The notes under the pieces: model-generated | The model's input: only the letters and a program-made list of their open reading frames with translations | What the model was told of the DNA's origin: nothing | Databases searched by the model: none | Made by a program: the position numbers and the translations under genes | Shown: positions 37,496 through 49,198 of the stretch, piece after piece | Layout of the letters: each line of letters begins with the position of its first letter | How positions within the stretch are numbered: the first letter of the stretch is position 1 | Assembly: GCF_001194135.2 (NCBI RefSeq) | Contig: NC_068986.1 | Location: 49,681,827-49,739,071, forward strand | DNA length: 57,245 nt | Direction: 5' to 3' | Source: Octopus bimaculoides | Taxonomy: Eukaryota

Positions 37496-37844
37496 NNNNN
37501 NNNNNNNNNNNNNNNNNNNNNNNNNNNNNNNNNNNNNNNNNNNNNNNNNNNNNNNNNNNNNNNNNNNNNNNNNNNNNNNNNNNNNNNNNNNNNNNNNNNN
37601 NNNNNNNNNNNNNNNNNNNNNNNNNNNNNNNNNNNNNNNNNNNNNNNNNNNNNNNNNNNNNNNNNNNNNNNNNNNNNNNNNNNNNNNNNNNNNNNNNNNN
37701 NNNNNNNNNNNNNNNNNNNNNNNNNNNNNNNNNNNNNNNNNNNNNNNNNNNNNNNNNNNNNNNNNNNNNNNNNNNNNNNNNNNNNNNNNNNNNNNNNNNA
37801 TAGCAAAAGGAAATGATAAATGAAAAAACAGTCAGTGGCATGTG

Positions 37845-38063
37845 TAAAGAGGGGAGTTGAAAAAGTTCCTGGCTTTAAAATAAAAGAAAATACATGAGGA
37901 TCAGTTGATTACCGTTTTATTCAACATATTCCCCGCTCAAATTCACACACTTATTGCAGAGGTCCTTCAGTCTTTCTAAGCCCTGTAAAAGAACTCAGAA
38001 GGTTGGCCTCCAGCCAGGCGTTTCATGACACCTTTAAAGACTGGACGTTTTTAGCACCCACTC

Positions 38064-38065
<2 letters not shown>
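37845..38065 (-). mobile_element. mariner-derived MITE, copy 1
   Basis: Imperfect TIRs gaggggagttgaaaagttcctggctttaaa / tttaaagactggacgtttttagcacccactc; the minus strand encodes a mariner-like C-terminus ...LERLKDLCNKCVNLSGEYVE*. Confidence 0.75.
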
Positions 38066-38097
<32 letters not shown>

Positions 38098-38143
38098 TAT
38101 ATATATATATATATACACACACACAAAATATGTATGCATGTAC

Positions 38144-38362
38144 ATATGAGGGGCTGCTGAAAGGCTCCTAGCTTCAGATAAAAGAAAATACAGCAGGGCC
38201 AGTTAATTATGATTTTAGACATATTCCCCTTCCAGATTCACACACTCATTACAGCGGTCCTTCAGTTTTTCAAATTCCTGTAAAAGAACTCAGGAGTTTG
38301 GGCCTTCAACCAATACTTTTGTAAAACCCTTAAAGCGAGAAATTTTCTGCCCCCGCCCACAT
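38144..38362 (-). mobile_element. mariner-derived MITE, copy 2
   Basis: Colinear with copy 1 (aaaagaaaataca...catattcccc...attcacacac...gtccttcagt...ctgtaaaagaactcag). Confidence 0.75.
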
Positions 38363-38379
38363 CTGTATGTGTCTGGTTA

Positions 38380-39240
38380 TATAGGGTGTTTGAGCTAAAT
38401 TTGATTTGTTTTCATGTCTCCTTTTTTCAGGAACAGCTTGATGTATTAGTGAACAGTCAATAGCGTTGGAGAGCATAAAAAGATTAAAGTTGTAGTTGAG
38501 AAAATGTTAGCTGCTATGGAGGACTGGAAACCATAAGAATATTGGTCAAGGGTTACTTGTATCATGATGACTTGCACTGGGTATCAAAATGCAGACATCA
38601 TGACTACTGCTCAATGTTCTGTGAACGCTGTAAAGGCTATAAAGACATCACATGGACATCATGAAAACTAAGTTCCCACAAACTGTGATAGGTTCTTGGG
38701 AATGCTTTTTAGTGAGGGTAACCACTCGACAACTTAAGCTCAATTCAGACAGCTATGCTGGAGACTATGGTCAAACCTTGGCCAGAGAGGGTTGCTGCTG
38801 GAAGACCATATGTATGTGGCAGCAAGACTCCGCTTCTCCAAAAAGAGTCAAAAGTGGTTTTTGTTGTTGTTGGAGAATTTCTGCAACTTCATCAGCCGCA
38901 ATTTCTCACCTCCTAATTCCCCCAATTATAATCCCAAGGATTACTATGTGTAGGGAATAATTGAGAAAGACACCAACCACACTGCTTGCAACACCAAGGC
39001 CAAACTAGTGTGGCCACGATCAAGAAGGTGTTTGCAGTTCTTCCCAGGGACATGGTAAAGAACACATGAGCTAGGTTCCAGGATCAATTTCAGGCCACAG
39101 TGGAGGCTGAGAACAGCTACTTCGAGCCATAATCTAGTTGATGTTTTTTTGATTTTTAAAAAAATACTTTTATTTTTGGATGAGATGGTTTTCTCTTTTT
39201 GTTATGCAAACTGTGAAATTTAAAGCGCTAACTCTGTATA
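38380..39240 (+). pseudogene. Internally deleted Tc1/mariner-superfamily element, maT/DD37D-like
   Basis: Across frameshifts: MKTKFPQTV...LKLNSDSY/ETMVKPWPERVAAGRPYV/WQQDSA/KSQKW...PPNSPNYNPKDYYV*GIIEKDTN...VEAENSYFEP*. The third catalytic residue is D. Ends are TA-flanked and loosely inverted (tatagggtgtttgagctaaattt / aaatttaaagcgctaactctgtata). Indels prevent an exact D-D spacing count. Confidence 0.8.
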
Positions 39241-39799
39241 GAATTACTACATTATCTAATGTATGGGATTGAGGGAAATTTGGCTGCTACGTCTAGTAAG
39301 CTGGGCAATAAATGTAGCTCTCTTGCAATTCTTTACCTCCAGTTTAACCTCAATCAAGGCATGTCAACCATGGCCATTCCAACTTCCTTTGGACATCTTT
39401 CCTTAAATGATGTGTCATTCATTTTTTTCATGAGGGAAGGCGAGACATGAGGGCGAACTGACTGCTATATCTAGCACATTGAGACCAGGTTTTGCCTGAG
39501 TTGGTTGTAGTGTTATAGTGGTGTAATAGTGATAGTTGCTTTATGATGAACGAGGCGTTAATGACAAAACTGGTGAGTGTTGGGTGTAGCAATAGATGGT
39601 AATAGCAGTTGTAATAGGAATTGGGGACACAAGGCTAGCTGAAAGGTTAAATTCACACTGCAGTCATGAGGTCCTTGGTTCTATCTCACTCTATGGCATT
39701 TCGAGCAGGCATCATTTATTTGTTTGCCATACATAGTTTAAAGTTAATTCAAAGCCTTGTTAACAAAGTTGGGAAGCCAGAAACTGCTAGATGGTATGT

Positions 39800-40178
39800 T
39801 GTTGTTGGCACTCCGTCGCTTATGACATCGAGGGTTCCAGTTGGTCCGATCAACGGAACAGCCTGCTCGTGAAATTAACGTGCAAGTGGCTGAGCACTCC
39901 ACAGACACGTGTACCCTTAACGTAGTTCTCGGGGATAATCAGTGTGACACAGTGTGACAAGGCTGGCTCTTTGAATTACAGGCACAACAGAAACAGGAAG
40001 TAAGAGAAAGTTGTGGTGGAAGAGTACAGCAGGGTTCACCACCATCCCCTGCCAGAGCCTCGTGGAGCTTTTGGTGTTTTTGCTCAATAAACACTCACAA
40101 CGCCCAGTCTGGGAATCGAAACCGCGATCCTATAACCGCGAGTCCGCTGCCCTAACCACTCGGCCATTGCGCCTCCAC
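39800..40178 (-). mobile_element. SINE family C, full length, 11-bp TSD
   Basis: tRNA-like head (minus strand gtggaggcgcaatggccgagtggttagggcagcggactcgcgg...ggtttcgattcccag); TSD agatggtatgt at 39789-39799 and 40179-40189. Confidence 0.95.
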
Positions 40179-40289
40179 AGATGGTATGTACATGTAATTC
40201 AAAGATCCAGCCTCGTTATACACCGTCATACACACTGATTCTACACAGGGATTACATATACACATGTGCCTGCAGAATACTAGTCCACT

Positions 40290-40550
40290 TCAGGTGCATG
40301 GCTTAGTGGTTAAGGTGTTGGACTCATGACTGTGAAATTGCAGTTTCAATTCCTGGACGGGGTGACGCATTGGGTTCTTGAGCAAAACACTTCATTTCAC
40401 ATTGTTCCAGTCCACTCAGCTGGCAAATGGCAAAATGGTGAGTAATCTTGTGACAGAGCAGTGTACCGTCCAGGTGGGGGAATTTATATGCCATGGAAAC
40501 CGGCCCTTTTGAGTTAGCATGGCTTGAAAAAAGGTAACTTTACCTACTTT
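40290..40550 (+). mobile_element. SINE family G (tRNA-like head, E-like middle, different tail)
   Basis: catggcttagtggttaagg...gtttcaattcctggac...ttcttgagcaaaacacttcatttcac resembles E at 33711, then diverges (accgtccagg...ggaaaccggccc). Confidence 0.6.
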
Positions 40551-40659
40551 TTACCGGGCCTCTTCAACGTTAATTTAAAAACCAGCAAGATCAGTTGAAT
40601 TGAACAACTGAATATTGCTCATTATCAAAACCAACAGAGGATCTATTTATCATTAGTTA

Positions 40660-40914
40660 GTAAGTAGTAGTAGTGGTGGTGTCGGTGGTGGTGGTAGTGG
40701 TGGTGGTGATGTTGTTGGTGACTGAGTTGGTGGTGGTCTTTCTACTCTATGTTTTGTTCTTTTCATTGTTATCATTATCATTTATCAATATTATTCTTAT
40801 GGAGGTGGGGAAGGGGGTGTCAATTCAATCAAGTGTAAACCTTCTCCTCCTGCCACTGCCTACAAAGTTGTGGCCTTACAGTATCAGTTAAAGAAATTAT
40901 TACCATCATCATCA

Positions 40915-40946
<32 letters not shown>

Positions 40947-41300
40947 GTGAGTAGCAGCAACAGCAGTAGTAGTAGTAGCAGCAGTAACATATATCACTTA
41001 CAGAAACACTGGTAGTAGTATTAGAACAGCAATTGTCTTGGTCTTACTATCATCATCATCATCATCATCATAAACAATGTCAGCATCAATAATTCCACTA
41101 TTGCAACCATCATTATCATCATCATTACCGTTATCAACATCACCACCACCATCATCATCACTAATGTTATAATCAAAAAAAGCTATCATAACAACGACAT
41201 CACCAGCCCCATCATAACTATAACCATTTACCACCACTACCACTACCACAACAGCAACAACAACAACTAGAACAACAGCTACTATTGTAATCATCAAAAC
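40660..41300. repeat. (GGT)/(ATT)/(CAT)/(AAC) low-complexity tract
   Basis: Directly visible. Confidence 0.85.
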
Positions 41301-42173
41301 TAGGAGAATGATTTATCTCTGTGTCGTTTTGAACTCTGCAATGGAAGAGATGAAAAATTCATAAAAAGGGGGTGAGGGGAAGAGGTGTGGGTGGGCGGGT
41401 GAAATATGAACAGTTTTGAGGAGGAGGAGGAGGTGGTGGTTGTGGTGTGAAGAGGGAGAAGTCGGAAGGTTGGATTAAAAACACCCCCTCTCCCCCGGAA
41501 AAAACCAACAAACACACACACACACACACACATACTCCTCTGAGCATTTATCAAAACCTCACTTAAATAAATACACAGGCAATCAAAAGAGCAGAGCAGA
41601 ACACATAAGAGGGGAAAAAAAAAAGAAAAGGGGGAGAGAGAAGGAGAGAGAAATAGAGAGAGGGGGATAATGTTGTATGTGTGGAAGTGGAAGGGTAAGC
41701 GAGATGGGGAAGAGGAGGAGGGTGTACATATTGGCGGTCTAGTGCCATTGTTGTTGGAACTGTCTCGGATTCCGACATGCGAATAATAGCTAATTATTGG
41801 CCAAAAAGAGAATGGAAACAAGGGAGGAAGCAATCGAATTAATCATATTTGCATATAAGTAGCTGCTTGGTTGAGCTAGGTGGAGGTGGGGAGGGGGGAA
41901 GAGCGGCAGGGTGGCTGGATGGATAAAGGGGAGAGAAAAAAGAAAGAGTAAAGAGCAGGAGGGGAGGGAGAAAGTTGAAGGCTGGATGGATGGATGGATG
42001 GATGGATGAACCAAACTGTTGTGAAATGCTAAGATTCTTGCGGAAAGAATGCTTTGTACCGTAATGGTTATAAGCATTATCTATGTAGCCAGACAACTAG
42101 ACACACACATACACACACAAAGATGGAGGTCGGTATTGAGTGAATGGTATATACTGGGTAGGTTGGCATTGAT

Positions 42174-42209
<36 letters not shown>

Positions 42210-42344
42210 TTTCTAATAGTTGTTGCTGTTTAAATCCAAGCTGGCCTTCATCAAGTAGACCTTTGATCAAAGACATTCCAGCTGAAGCCATCTTGTCTTC
42301 CTTCACCTGCCACCCCCTCATCAGGTACTGCGCATATCTCTTAT

Positions 42345-42775
42345 CTTTCACTCATCTCCAGTCATTGAACTGTGGCCATGCTGGGGCACCACCTTGAAGG
42401 GTTTTAGTTGAACAAATTGATTCCAGGATTTATTGCTTTTAAGACGGGTATTTATTCTACTAGTGTCTTTGCCGAACTGCTAGGTTACAGTGACATAAAC
42501 AAACCAACACCGGTTGTCAAGCAGTGGATACACATATGCATATATGTACACATGTGTGTGTGTGTGTGTGTGTAAGTATGTATACACACACACACACACA
42601 CAAAAGATGGGTTTACACATTGTTTTTGTTTCCTAATTCACTCTCAAGGCATTTGTTGACCCAAGGGACAATAGTAAAAAACACTTGCTCAACATGTTGT
42701 GCAATGGGACTGAACCTGAAACCACACTGTTGCAAAGTGAGCACCTTAACTGCACTGCTGTGCCTGTGTGCCTGA
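42345..42775 (-). mobile_element. SINE family A
   Basis: gtggccatgctggggcaccaccttgaaggg...(GT)/(CA)n...aacacttgctcaa...gggactgaacc. Confidence 0.8.
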
Positions 42776-42954
42776 TACATTCTCCAACGAGTCCTTCCAT
42801 TTTCTAAGACAGTAGGTTGCAATTTGCTGGTGGATCAGTAGTTATTTCTTGCATTCTCAGTGACCCATAGAGTAGTCACTCACTCGGAGCTTACATTTTT
42901 TGTGAAAAATGGATATGGAGAGAGAAAGGGAGAGAGTCAGAGATAGAGAGAGAG

Positions 42955-42956
<2 letters not shown>

Positions 42957-43004
<48 letters not shown>
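42957..43004. repeat. (GATA)n tetranucleotide microsatellite
   Basis: Directly visible. Confidence 0.95.
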
Positions 43005-43005
<1 letters not shown>

Positions 43006-43007
43006 AT

Positions 43008-43241
43008 AAGGCGGTGAGCTGGCAGAAACGTTAGCATGCCGGGCGAAATGCTTAGTGGTATTTCGTCTGTCGCTATGTTCTGAGTTCAAATGCCGCCGGG
43101 GTCGACTTTGCCTTTCATCCTTTCAGGGTCGATAAATTAAGTACCAGTTACGCACTGGGATCGAGGTAATCGACTTAATCCATTTGTCTGTCCTTGTTTG
43201 TCCCCTCTCTGTTCAGCCCCCTGTGGGCAATAAAGAAATAA
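43008..43241 (+). mobile_element. SINE family B (B1 tail type), full length and well conserved
   Basis: aaggcggtgagctggcagaaacgttagc...gagttcaaat...gactttgcctttcatcctttcagggtcgataaattaagtaccag...gtgggcaataaagaaataa. Confidence 0.93.
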
Positions 43242-43744
43242 GGTAGACGACCAGCTACAAAATAGCTAGGGGAGAAACAATGTGATGGAGACAAACAATA
43301 GGGTATATATGGACATAAATCAGAAGAAGCGGGGTAGCTGGATATAGGGGTGGGTTGATATGTTTGAATGGTTGTATAGGCGATACACGAGTCTAGACAG
43401 GTACTTTGGTGTGTTAACAAAATAAATACCTTTGAATGGCAAGAACTAGTTGGAAAAGTGCTGTGTGGTGATACTGAAGGCAAACCATGTCAAAGGACCA
43501 AGGACAATAAAGGGAAGTAGAGGAGGAGTAAGTGGCGAGACAAGGGTACATCTCAGGATGCTTGTCCTTAGTCAAGGTGACAGAATTCTGAAAAGAGTGG
43601 TAATATGCTGTATGACTTATCTGTCTAATTCAAACCAGAACAGTGAAATATTATTAAGATGATGATGATGATGATGATGATAATGATGGTGGGGGTGGTG
43701 GTTTGTCAGTTGTAGCGTGTGCACAGTGATACTTGGTATGATAA

Positions 43745-43991
43745 AACGGCATATTGGGCAAGTGTCTTTTACAACAGCCCTGAGCCAACTAATGCTTTGT
43801 GGGTGGATTTGGTAGATAGATGGAAACTGAAAGAAGCCCATCAGAGACAGCTGTGTGGTAAGAAGCTTGTTTCCCAACCATATGGTACTGGGTTCAGTCT
43901 CACTGCATGGCACCTTGGACAAGTGTCTTCTACTTGCCAACCAAAGCCATGTGAGTGGATTTGGTAGATAGAAACTGAAAGAAGCTTGTTG

Positions 43992-44037
<46 letters not shown>

Positions 44038-44245
44038 TATGTGTGTGTGTCTGTCCCGCCATCATCAATTGACAACCGGTGTTGGTGTGTTTATGTCCCT
44101 GTAACCTAGCAGTTCAGCAAAGAGATCAATAGAATAAGTACTAAGTTTCAAAAATAAGTCCTGGGGTCAAATTATTTGATAAAAACACTTCAGAATGATG
44201 CTCCAGTATGGCCAGTCAATTGACGAAACAAGTAGAAGAATAAAA
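43745..44245 (+). mobile_element. SINE family A: partial copy (43745-43850) followed directly by a full copy (43850-44245)
   Basis: Two successive gggcaagtgtctt / ggatttggtaga / gaaactgaaagaagc motifs, then the tail. Confidence 0.8.
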
Positions 44246-44269
44246 GTGTGTGTGTGTGTGCGTGCACGT

Positions 44270-44510
44270 GCCCATTGACACTGCAAGAGAGTTGAAAATG
44301 AGTGCCACTGCTATACAAGCAGTTTTGTTCCAATATTCTGCAAAAATATGTGTGGCCTTAGGACAATGTGACCTCGCTTGGAGATATGTGAGGGTTAGCA
44401 ACAGGAAGGGCATCCAGCCATAGAAAATCTGTCTGAATAAACTACATCCAACTTATGCAAGCCTGGAAAAGTGGATGCTAAAATGATGATAATGGTGCTG
44501 ATGATGATGG
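44270..44510 (+). mobile_element. A2-type 3' half
   Basis: cactgctatacaagcag...caacaggaagggcatccagccatagaaaatctg...ggaaaagtggatgctaaaatgatg. Confidence 0.7.
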
Positions 44511-44907
44511 TCAACACATATCAGAGAATTCTTTCAGCTCTATAAATCCAAACTGTACACATAAACACACATGCGCACGCACACACACACACACAGATCA
44601 ATCCACTGCCTAGTTACAGAGTTATAATTAGAAAGGGTATCAAGCTAAGAGATATTTATTATCCACCGATTCTATGAGAAACTAAATAAACAACGCTGTG
44701 CAAACAACAATAAAACCAAAATGTAAAAAGAAAAATGAAAGAAAAAAAATGATCAACACAAGTAATCAGCCTTTGATTTCATTGGTTGGCTGCGATGATA
44801 GATACATCATCTCAGATTGATACAAAAATCAATTTAATTTGACTTGCTTGATATGACACCTGACAAATGTCTTGTTGGATTTCCTGAAAAATCTCCACCC
44901 AGCTGAG

Positions 44908-45106
44908 CATCATCATCATCATCATCATCATTGTTTAACGTCCGCTTTCCATGCTAGCATGGGTTGGACGATTTGACTGAGGACTGGTGAAATCAGATGG
45001 CTACACCAGGCTCCAATCTGATCTGACAGAGTTTCTACAGCTGGATGCCCTTCCTAACACCAACCACTCCGAGAGTATAGTGGGTGCTTTTACGTGCCAC
45101 CGGCAC
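44908..45106 (-). mobile_element. Family D, 5'-truncated
   Basis: Near-identical to 9065-9250. Confidence 0.9.
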
Positions 45107-45194
45107 TACTAGGTAAATGCTGCAGGCCTTCACTTCGTGGATTTAAGGATGAGATCTATGGTAATTGTAGAGAGGAAGGTAACGGTTATATCAA

Positions 45195-46640
45195 CACCAT
45201 CATCATTTAATGCCCACATTTTTCATGCTTGTATGGGTCAGACAGAGTTTTACTAAGACAGATTTTTCTTCAGCTGGATGCACTTTTTGTTGCCAACCCT
45301 TACTTGCTTCAAAGCAAGGTACTATTTTTCCAGGACTGTAAATGAACGACACTGCTTGCATGACAGTGGCAATTATTTATAACTATTGCACTGTGTCAAG
45401 ACAAGGAGATAAACACACACAAACACACACACATATACATTGGGCTTCTTTCAGCTTCTGCCAATGAAATGAACTCACCAAGCTTTGGTTGGCTTTGGTA
45501 GGATAGTGACAATGAGTCATAATTATTGCAACATGTCAAAACAAAGAGATACAAACACATACACATGCGCACATACATTGGGCTTCCTTCAGTTTCTTAT
45601 TTCTTTACTGCCCACAAGGGGCTACACAAACAAGGACAGACAAACGGATTAAGTCGATTATATCGACACCAGTGCTTGACTGGTACTTATTTAATCAACC
45701 CCGAAAGGATGAAAGGCAAAGTCGACCTCGGTGGAATTTGAACTCAGAACATAGCGGTAGACGAAATACCGCTAAGCATTTCGCCCAGCATGCTAACGTC
45801 TCTGCCAGCTCCCTTCAGTTTCTTATTTCTTTATTGCCCACAAGGGGTTAAACATAGAGGGGACAAACAAGGACAGACAAAGGGATTAAGTCGATTACAT
45901 CGACCCCAGTGTGTAACTGGTACTTTATTTATCGACCACGAAAGGATGAAAGGCAAAGTCAACCTCGGTGGAATTTGAACTCAGAACCTAACGGCAGATG
46001 AAATACCACTTAGCATTTCGCCTAGCATGCTAACGTTTCTGCTAGCTAACCACGACTTCCTTCAGTTTCTGCCAACGAAATGAACTCACCAGGCTTTGGT
46101 AGGACAGTGACAATCAGTTATAACTAATGCACCATGTCAAAACAAAGAGATACAAACACACACACATTGGGCTTCTTTCAGTTTGTCAACAAAATAAACT
46201 CACTGGGATTAGACATGAAAAACACACACATGCATTGGACTCCTTTCAATTTCTTATTTCTTTATTGCCCACAAGGGGCTAAACATAGAGTCGACAAACA
46301 AGGACAGACAAAGGAATTAAGTCGATTACATTGATCCCAATGCATAACTGGTACTTAATTTATCGACCCCGAAAGGATGAAAAGCAAAGTCGACCTTGGC
46401 GGAATTTGAACTCAGAACGTAAAGACAGACGAAATACCGTTAAGCATTTCGTCCGGCGTGCTAACGTTTCTGCCAGCTCGCCGCCTTCTTTCAGTTTCTG
46501 TCAACCAAATGCATTCACCAGGTTTTAGCTGGCCTGGGGTTATCGTAAAAGACACTCATTTGCCCAAGATGTCATGCAGTGGGGCTGAACTCAGAAGTAT
46601 GTGGTTGAGAAGCAAACTTGTTACCACACAGCCATGCATC
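45195..46640 (-). mobile_element. Composite: one A2 SINE with a tandemly repeated internal unit hosting three SINE-B1 insertions (45597-45811, 45823-46058, 46254-46487)
   Basis: A head at 46490-46640, A2 tail at 45195-45420, a repeated unit of about 110 bp, and duplications of (c)cttcagtttc around each B copy. Confidence 0.85.
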
Positions 46641-47353
46641 AAAAAAATCAGATCACATAGATTCTATGGTAAAATCTATAAATGAATCAGTCAGCCAGTG
46701 AGTTAATCATCGTCATCAGCAGCAACAGAAACTGCAACCAGCATCCATTATCATCATCATCCTCCCCATCATAAAAGAATTTAAGCTGACTAGAAGCGAA
46801 AAAAAACAAAAAAACAAGGGAGTTAACTCTTACAAAGAGGCCACAAAAACCATTGGTAGTGGCTGATAACAAAATTTCTGTTTAAAAGATCTTATAAATA
46901 ATGGAAATGCTGAGATAACAGAAAAATTCAAAAGCCAGCTGAAATTTAAACTAAAATTATTCAGAAGCAAGATTCAAGAAATAATGTCCTGAATATTTCC
47001 AGCACCTCCACACCCATTTATTATTATTTTTTTTCTTTTTTGTTAAGCAGGGGTTCATTGGTAGATTAACTCTATCAAAATATTTGACTGGCTTTTTATT
47101 TTATTGACTACAAGGGGATGAAGGGACCCAGTAGACCCAGTAGAATTTGAACTCAGAACATATACTGAACATACACACACACACACATATACTGGAAAAT
47201 TATGGCACATACATTCTGATTGTGCTGATTTAAGATTTTTTTTTTTTTTGTAACAGAACATATTTTTATGCTGTGTGACGTTTCTGCTTGTCCACTGTTA
47301 AACAGAGTCTTGCAAAATCAAGTCAGCAAGCAGCAAGGCTATCCTAATTTCAG

Positions 47354-47416
47354 ACAGACTTAGCAGGTAGCCAGTCCAGCGCTTGTCTAACATCTATGAT
47401 GGATGATCCAAAGCAG
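47354..47416 (+). CDS. Candidate 63-nt phase-0 exon (TDLAGSQSSACLTSMMDDPKQ); unverified
   Basis: tttcAG acceptor, open frame, strong donor CAG/GTGAGT, in unique sequence; no homology recognised and the polypyrimidine tract is weak. Confidence 0.2.
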
Positions 47417-47798
47417 GTGAGTGGGTGGATGGGTAGATGGACAGGAGGGTAGGAGGGGGGGGGAGAGAGAGAGAGAGAGAAAGGGAAAGAAAAAAGATTT
47501 TTCTTTTTTTTTTTCATGCTTTTTGTTTTGCTTTGTTACGTTTTTTTGTTTTTCGCTGTGAAAAGCCAGTTTGTGTTGAAGTATGATAAATGAAGATGTC
47601 TGGATAACTTTGAGAACTAAAGGGAGGATTAAGTGATAAATATCCCTCTCCAGCAGCAGCAGCAGCACTGCCACCACCCCCATCATGTCTGCAGTAGGTG
47701 TTTTGATCAAACAGGGTCACTAATAGAAGAAAAACAAAAGCGTAAAAAGAAAATAAATAATAAAAACAGAGAGGGGGGGGGAAGACAGAGAGAGGGAG

Positions 47799-47834
<36 letters not shown>

Positions 47835-48374
47835 TATGCACAGGAAATGGTGTAACACGACAATAATATAATATATGCCGAATCAATGCAAGCAGTAAAA
47901 AGCCAAAGTACTTAGTATTTTAGGTCAAGAAGCACAGATGAAATCTTCAAACAACAAAGAGAAATTTCAACATAAATCATGTTTTACACGTTTTCCTTTA
48001 AATAAATCCTACCCGTTCGGAAACACTGGATTAAGTTCTATGATTGAAACACTGGACTACAAACAACATGGTCAGCAGTTGAAAAACCCTTGTTCCAGCA
48101 GCTGTTGCGTGGTGTTGTGACCTTCAAGCAGCGGACCTTAGCAGTGCTTGTACTGTTGTAATAATAACAACAACATGGCAATGACAACATTTGAACTCCT
48201 CAACCGTGAATAGAACATCTAAAGGCATAAAAAGAAACTTTTTTTTTCAACTACATACCCGCGACACCTAAAAATCATAATTCCACAACATTAAAGTTGT
48301 TTGGGTTGTGTACAAAATTTTGTAGTCTAAAAAGGGATCTATCTATCTATCTATCTACTTATCTATCTCTGTTA

Positions 48375-48805
48375 TTCTGTTACTTGTTTCAGTCCAGTCA
48401 TTAGACTGCGGCCATGCTAGAGCACTGCCTTAAAGGGTTTCAGTTGAGCAAATCGACCCCAGGACTTATTCTTTGTAGGCCTAGTATTTATTCTATCGGT
48501 CTATTTTGCTGAACTACTAAACTATAGGGATATAAACATACTACCATCAGTTGTCAAGAGCTGTTGGGGGAACTAACACAAACATACACATAGACACATA
48601 CATATGTGTGTGTATACACACACACACACACACACATATATATGATGGTCTTTTTCACTTTCCATCCACCATATCCACTCACAAGGCTTTGGTTGGCCTG
48701 AGGCTATAATAGAACACACTTGCCCGAGGTGCCACACAGTGGGACTGAACTCAGAGCCATGTGGTTAGGAAGCAAGCTTCTTATAACACAGTCACTCCTG
48801 CACCT
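48375..48805 (-). mobile_element. SINE family A, full length
   Basis: All family landmarks present. Confidence 0.9.
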
Positions 48806-48860
48806 ATCTATCTATCTATTTATTTATTTATTTATAAAGACCTCCTTTGGTTGTGATATA

Positions 48861-49198
48861 TAAAGATCTCCTTCGGTCATGAATGAGTATGGGATTGCAC
48901 CTAGATAGTTACCCTCCAAGGCGCAAGTCTGGGCAAGGTTGTTTATGGAAGACCAGCAGCTGACCATGCATACCAGCTTCTCATCTTCACGCCACTGATG
49001 TTATCCAAGGGAAAGGCAAATGCTGATACAGTTTGGCACCAGTGACATAGCAACTCCTTCCTACAGCTGAGTGAACTGGAGCAACATGAAATAGAGTGTC
49101 TTGCTCAAGAACATAACACACAGTCCGGTCCAAGAATTAAAATCACTACCTCATGATTGTGAGCCCGACGCTCTAACCACTGAGTCATGCACCTTCAC
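48861..49198 (-). mobile_element. SINE family E, full length
   Basis: Reverse complement aligns to 33711-34050; a short duplicate of the tail lies at about 48835-48856. Confidence 0.85.

Noticed and set aside
43440-43620. LEKCCVVILK resembling an R4-type RT segment
   Set aside because: Only a few residues match and the flanks give no supporting motifs.
47922-48120. Acceptor plus 60-aa ORF as the exon following 47354-47416
   Set aside because: In the phase required by the candidate exon it hits a stop after 5 codons.
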